Of a stretch of DNA of 12,275 bases, positions 7,515 to 12,275 are shown in pieces. Numbering within the stretch: the first letter of the stretch is position 1; the number at the start of each line of letters is the position of its first letter. Source of the DNA: Promethearchaeota archaeon (GTDB lineage: Archaea; Asgardarchaeota; Lokiarchaeia; Sigyniarchaeales; SOKP01); the NCBI GenBank assembly GCA_011364975.1, contig RDOE01000092.1, forward strand, positions 1-12,275, in the 5' to 3' direction. The notes below the pieces were generated by a model. That model did not search any database and was not told where the DNA came from. It saw nothing but the letters and a program-made list of their open reading frames with translations. Both the position numbers and the translations under genes were made by a program.

Positions 7515-8919
7515 AAATAAGTCTTCTGATACTATTTATGCGAGACGTAATTTGATCCAATTGATCCTTAAGTTTCCCGCTTTGATTTTTAAATTCTATA
7601 TCAGCAATCGCTCCTTTATTATAACTCTTATCTAAATCGGTATATGCTTTTTCAAGAGCATACCTTTTCCCTTCAAGAGCAATCAATTCTTGGTAGAGAG
7701 AATCTTTATCATTTGTAAGATCATCTTGAGTTTTCGTATTTGTTTCCTTTTGATTTTTTGAAAGCACACTATTAAAGCTAACAAATGAGGTCATATCGTT
7801 CGTTTCATTGTGAGATTCTGGTTTTTCTGGGAAGATATTACTACTTTGACGCTCTCCTTTAATTTGGTCAGAATCAACTTTTTGCTCCTGCTTCTCAGGA
7901 GCTTTTGAACCTATAGAAGAAAATACACTAAAAAGATCGGAACTCGTTGATCTTATCGATTCTTGTTCGATTTCCTCTATACTCACAGAAGAGATTTTTG
8001 GCTTTTCGATGATGAAAGGTGAGGGTTTAAGTTTAACATCTTCATAATTTTCTATTTTTTGTTCTGAGATAACTGGTGTGATCTTTCTTTTTTCGGTAAT
8101 TATAGGAATATCCTGAGATTCTTCGATTACTATCGGTTCGATTTGAGATTTTGTTTTAGGAATTGGGACTAATTCTTCTCTTTCCATTTCTGGGGGCTCC
8201 TTTTGAGAGACCACAGGAGGGGAAGATAATTGTTCTTTAGTTGCATTTAGCATGGGTTTTTCTATCGTTGGGATGGAGGTAAGTGATTTAGGTTTAGTTT
8301 CATTTATGGTTTTTTTAGGTGTAGATTGGATTTGGGGTTGAATTGGGGGTATTGTTTTTTTGATAACAGGAATCTTAATTTTCGGAGGCGGTAATCTTGT
8401 TTCTCTTCTTGGACTTATTTTTTGGATTTTCTTGTTTTGGGTTATGCTTCTCAGTTTTTCATCTTTTTTTTCAAGTTGTTTTTTCAATTATTCAATTTTT
8501 CCTTTCAATCCATCAATTTCTCCTTGAAACTGCTCTGAAACTTTACTAAATATGTCGGTTAAATCAATTTCTTGTGATTCTCTAATTTCCCCATCTTTTT
8601 CTTTATCAGTTTCAAATTTATCTTTTGAGGATTCTTCTAATTGTTGAGGCATATTAAGTAAACTTGCTATCTTATCGGGTAATTTTGTCTCTGAAAACCA
8701 TAGATCTAAGGTATCCCATGCTTTTAAATCAGAAAAGATTTCCGATATAATTTCAATTTTAGCAGGATCCTTATTAAGGTTCCTGAATTTACTAAATAGA
8801 CTAATAAGCTCTTCTCTTGCCTCGATTTCATCATCTGGTGTTGGCTCTTCTTTTGTTAAAAATAAGTAAAGATCTGTAATTTTTTGCTCTACTAAATCTA
8901 AGTTTTCTTTATTGCTCAT
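7504..8919 (-). pseudogene. Single ~471-codon gene (helical N-domain, coiled coil, Pro-rich disordered linker, C-terminal helical hairpin) interrupted by an in-frame TAA at 8490-8488
   Basis: ORFs 8488..8919 and 7504..8487 abut in the same frame: GAA-TAA-TTG-AAA. The heptad EIDGLKGKIE*LKKQLEKKDEKL is continuous across the stop. It may be a nonsense allele, a base-call error, or two coupled genes. Confidence 0.7.
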
Positions 8920-9095
8920 TTAAGATATTAGCCCCTATGAATTTTATTCTATAGCTACAATACTTTTTTAAATAATAAATAGCAGTTCATAAATATATTT
9001 TTTTGTAATATAAATAATGGTTTTTATCGAAATTTACAGAATAAGCCTTAAAATAAGAATTTTATAAATTAATTTAAGCTTTTTACTAGCATAAT

Positions 9096-9127
9096 ATAGA
9101 TCGTGAAATAACCGTTTCACGATTTAT
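9096..9127. other. Inverted repeat (hairpin terminator or operator)
   Basis: Perfect 9-6-9 repeat ATCGTGAAA-taaccg-TTTCACGAT (9100-9123), extendable after one mismatch. It sits between the 3' end of the antiporter and the next gene's promoter region. Confidence 0.6.
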
Positions 9128-9206
9128 TTTTTAAATTAGGAAGATGACAAAGAAATAGATGGTGAGGATTAATTTTTTTCAATAATAAGTGTGTTAACAC
9201 TTAATT

Positions 9207-10226
9207 TTAAATTTGAAAAAAAAGTAATTTTAAAATTGCATAAACGCTATAAAATCCGATTAATAGACTTCCTTCCCATCTTTTAAGTGTTTTTTCAGTC
9301 CATAATAAATACAGAACTAAAAATAATGCTAAGAATAGAATTGGTATGTCAAATACCAGAATTATCACGGGAACATTAAAGTTAATTAATATTGCTCCTG
9401 ATCCTGTAGCTAATAAAATATCGCATACGTTGGAACCTAATATATCGCCTATCGCAAGTCCGAATGATCCTCTCCTAATCGCGGTTAAGTCAGCAATAAG
9501 TTCCGGTAAACTTGTGCCAAATCCAACTAATAATATTCCAATAACATTTTCAGGAATATGAAATTCTTTTGATAAATCATGTGCTGAAAGTAAAGTGGTC
9601 TCTGCTGCGATTATTAGAACAATAAGCCCAACAAGAAAAATACCTATATCTCTAGCTAGTGATGATTTTTTACGAGGACTCTTAACCGGTTCAAAACTTA
9701 CAGCATCTAAACGTTCTTTTTCAATCTTTTTAGATTCTATTTTAATCTTTTGTAAATGTTTCTCGCTCCAAATCACAAAAATTAGATAAATAAGATATAT
9801 TATTATCATGATGAGTGCTTCAAATTGAGTAAGAATTCCATCCAAGGAGAAAAAAAGAAAAACTAATATGGAAATAAGAAGCATTGGCCCTTCTCTTCTC
9901 AATTCCCATTTACTAACGAATATTGGTTGGCTTACTGCTAGAATTCCAATAATCACAGTGATTTGAGTCAAAAAAGAACCAACTTTGTTTCCTATTACTA
10001 TTCCATCGATGTAAGGATCAATACCCAAAATCTTATCAATACCCCCCATTATACTTACTGCAATTTCAGGTAAGCTAGTCCCAATCGATAAAATTGTTAG
10101 CCCTACCATTATATGACTAATATTTAAGCGATCTGCAATATTTTCAAGGCTAATTATCACAAATTTAGCACCAAAATACAACCCAAAAAATCCTAATATT
10201 AAAAATAGAATTGATAATAAAAGCAT
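9207..10226 (-). CDS. Sodium:calcium antiporter (CaCA, YrbG/COG0530-type)
   Basis: 339 aa with canonical GTSLPE in both alpha-repeats, AIGDILGSNVCDI, and about 10 TM segments. Confidence 0.93.
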   Translation of the reverse strand: MLLLSILFLILGFFGLYFGAKFVIISLENIADRLNISHIMVGLTILSIGTSLPEIAVSIMGGIDKILGIDPYIDGIVIGNKVGSFLTQITVIIGILAVSQPIFVSKWELRREGPMLLISILVFLFFSLDGILTQFEALIMIIIYLIYLIFVIWSEKHLQKIKIESKKIEKERLDAVSFEPVKSPRKKSSLARDIGIFLVGLIVLIIAAETTLLSAHDLSKEFHIPENVIGILLVGFGTSLPELIADLTAIRRGSFGLAIGDILGSNVCDILLATGSGAILINFNVPVIILVFDIPILFLALFLVLYLLWTEKTLKRWEGSLLIGFYSVYAILKLLFFQI

Positions 10227-10417
10227 ACCTTGTTATTAAAAAAAGTATTGAATATAAACTTTAATTCATGTTTGAAACAACAACAGTTGTCAAGAAAACC
10301 TTAATTTTTGACCTCTAACCGTTTCGCTATATTATAAGAAAGTTACTAAAAGTTTAATTCTAAAGCTTAATTCTGTTAATTGAATCTAAATAATTTCTAG
10401 AAAAGGGATGTGATAAA

Positions 10418-10876
10418 ATGAAAGTTCTAATTGTATATTATACCAAGTATGGAAATACGGAAAAAGTAGCTAAGTTAATAGCAGAAGGAATTACCTCTGT
10501 TGAGGGCAATGAAGTAATAGTTAAGTTTGTAAAAGACGTAAAACTTAAAGAAGCAGCATCCTGCGACTTAATTTTATTTGGATCCCCAGTTCACTTTGGA
10601 CGTCATGTCGGGGCGATAAAGAAATTTATCAATAAAATTCCAAATTCTCAATTAAAAGTAAACACTTATGCTGTATTTGACACTTACATATTAACCGATT
10701 TTGAAAAGGGTGTAAAAAGCATGGAACAACAGGTAAGTGAAGTGATGCCGGATTTAACAAAAGCCTCTTCCGGATTATCTATAAAGGTCGAGGGCACGGG
10801 AATGTCAAAAGGACCTATAACTAGCGTGGATCTCCCAAAGTGCAAAGAATTCGGAATTAAATTAGCACAAAAGTAG
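10418..10876 (+). CDS. Flavodoxin family protein
   Basis: VYYTKYGNTEKVA FMN phosphate-binding loop, DLILFGSP, AVFDTY, and C-terminal CKEFG. SD-like GGGATGTGA upstream. Confidence 0.9.
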   Translation: MKVLIVYYTKYGNTEKVAKLIAEGITSVEGNEVIVKFVKDVKLKEAASCDLILFGSPVHFGRHVGAIKKFINKIPNSQLKVNTYAVFDTYILTDFEKGVKSMEQQVSEVMPDLTKASSGLSIKVEGTGMSKGPITSVDLPKCKEFGIKLAQK

Positions 10877-11047
10877 AAATCCTATAATTAAGCGAGTTTT
10901 CCAATATTTAGGTATAATCTTTAGCGCATTTTGTTTTTTTAGAAAATAATATATTTCTACATTTTTCTTAGACTTGCAAGATTTGAAAGACAAAGTCATC
11001 AATCACCAAAATCAGACTTTTTATTTAATAAAATATTTTGAAAAGTC

Positions 11048-11776
11048 ATGACTGATTCTAAGAAGTCTAAAAAAACTAATATTTTTCTAATAGTATTTTT
11101 AGCTATTATTGTTATCATAACTATTTTATGCATAATTTTTCCCTCATTTGGAGCAATTTTCAACCTTGGTAATTGGTTTAATACAGGTGCTTTAGGGTCG
11201 GTAAATTACTGGATTGCCATAGGATTTGTAATATTATTATGCTTTTTAGGAGCTCTGGTACCTGTACCAATTCCATACATGCTTCCGGTTGCGTTGTTTT
11301 CCGCGGCTTGGATTGCCGATGGTAGTCTTATCAATATTGCCTGGCTCTACATCATTGGTTTAGTATTATTCTCATCACTGGCAAACACGATTGGAGACAT
11401 TATAGATTATTATATCGGAAGAGGAGCAGAGTATGTCTTAAGTCAAGACGATCCTGAATTACGGAATAGATGGGCTAATATAATTTTAAAACGACCAAAA
11501 GCTATACCTTTCGTTATTTTAATTTTTGGAGTTTCTCCCCTTCCGGAATCAATTCTAATGGTACCATTGGGAATGGTAAAATACGATGTAAAGAAAACAT
11601 TCTTTTGGATGTTCATTGGCAAAATTCTAATGATGCTCTTGATGGTCTTTTTTGGTCAGATATTGATAAATCTTGGATTTTTTGATGAAGGACCAGTAGG
11701 GTGGATTATAGGAATTGGATCCCTATATCTAATGTGGATAATAATAGTCTTCATGATAAAATATAAACCAAAATAA
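11048..11776 (+). CDS. DedA/VTT (SNARE-associated) family membrane protein
   Basis: Re-entrant-helix motifs LVPVPIPY and SPLPESILMVPLG, NTIGDIIDYYIGR, and FF...FIGK. Multiple TM segments. Confidence 0.8.
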   Translation: MTDSKKSKKTNIFLIVFLAIIVIITILCIIFPSFGAIFNLGNWFNTGALGSVNYWIAIGFVILLCFLGALVPVPIPYMLPVALFSAAWIADGSLINIAWLYIIGLVLFSSLANTIGDIIDYYIGRGAEYVLSQDDPELRNRWANIILKRPKAIPFVILIFGVSPLPESILMVPLGMVKYDVKKTFFWMFIGKILMMLLMVFFGQILINLGFFDEGPVGWIIGIGSLYLMWIIIVFMIKYKPK

Positions 11777-11931
11777 ATTCGGGCTTTATACATATTATAC
11801 ATTTTTTTTCAGTTATATTTAATAATTAAATTTAATATTTTATTCAACAAAAAATTCAGAATGAATTAATGGCTTCCTTTTTATTCAATAATTAGTTTCT
11901 TTTATTAATCTAACAATAGTAGAGTGTTTTT

Positions 11932-12275
11932 ATGAAAACTAAATTTTTTGAAAAACAGATGCGAAAACGACTATTTGAACAAATGCAAAATTATATAGAA
12001 GACGGTCAAGAAACGATTAAAGCTTTACCAGAATCGCCGGAATTTGGATTCTTTACCTGGTTTAGAATTTTTCGAGAGAAAAGCATAGAAGTAAAACCTA
12101 AAGGAAGGATAACCTTTCGGACCGTTCCCTATGCTTTAAGAGCCATATTAGGTATCAGAAAATCTTTTATAACCCTCAAAAAAAATCCTAAAAACCCCGT
12201 TACTTCAATAACTCCAGAAGGGTTACGCGAATTTGAAGAATACGCGAAATCTATAGGCGTGGATAAGATTGGATA
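11932..12275 (+). CDS. Probable reductive dehalogenase/epoxyqueuosine reductase-like (cobalamin, 4Fe-4S) protein, 5' part only
   Basis: Open from ATG 11932 to the edge: MKTKFFEKQM...LKKNPKNPVTSITPEGLREFEEYAKSIGVDKIG. The E-x-x-AKSxG-x-D-x-IG segment is typical of the start of the RdhA/QueG core. The Fe-S motifs lie outside the window. Confidence 0.6.
   Translation, partial: MKTKFFEKQMRKRLFEQMQNYIEDGQETIKALPESPEFGFFTWFRIFREKSIEVKPKGRITFRTVPYALRAILGIRKSFITLKKNPKNPVTSITPEGLREFEEYAKSIGVDKIG

Noticed and set aside
8488-8490. Selenocysteine/pyrrolysine or alternative-code reading of the in-frame stop
   Set aside because: The codon is TAA, which is used as a normal stop in other genes of the window. 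The context is a coiled coil, not a catalytic site.
9346-9789. Plus-strand ORFs 9346..9561 and 9595..9789
   Set aside because: Antisense within the canonical antiporter.
9109-10325. Direct repeat TAACCGTTTC (9109-9118 and 10316-10325) flanking the antiporter, as a possible target-site duplication
   Set aside because: 10-mer matches are expected by chance in 12 kb of AT-rich DNA, and there is no transposase or terminal inverted repeat.
1-12275. CRISPR array, tRNA/rRNA, IS element or prophage
   Set aside because: No regularly spaced repeats, GC-rich structured RNA segment or mobility genes seen; the intergenic gaps are short and AT-rich.

Overview
AT-rich (roughly 30% GC by eye) prokaryotic window. 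The gene families and promoter style suggest an archaeon, plausibly Asgard/Lokiarchaeia; this is inference, not a search result. Genes alternate strands and are mostly monocistronic. In order: partial DUF1624/HGSNAT-like membrane acyltransferase (-); a small CdrS/CopG-like ribbon-helix-helix gene missed by the ORF track (+); a CaCA cation antiporter with degenerate alpha-repeats (+); a ZIP/ZupT transporter with a His/Arg-rich loop and a DtxR-type palindrome upstream (-); a DUF6125/V4R-like Cys protein (+); an orphan gamma-class (TaqI/Eco57I-like) DNA methyltransferase with a Cys-rich insert (-); two hypotheticals; nadE (+); a ~471-codon Pro-rich/coiled-coil gene interrupted by one in-frame TAA (-); a canonical CaCA antiporter (-); flavodoxin (+); a DedA/VTT membrane protein (+); and the 5' part of a probable reductive dehalogenase/QueG-like protein (+). 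I saw no tRNA, rRNA, CRISPR array or transposase. The best leads are the putative metal-homeostasis cluster at 614-2873, the stop-interrupted scaffold gene, and the zinc-finger-bearing orphan MTase.
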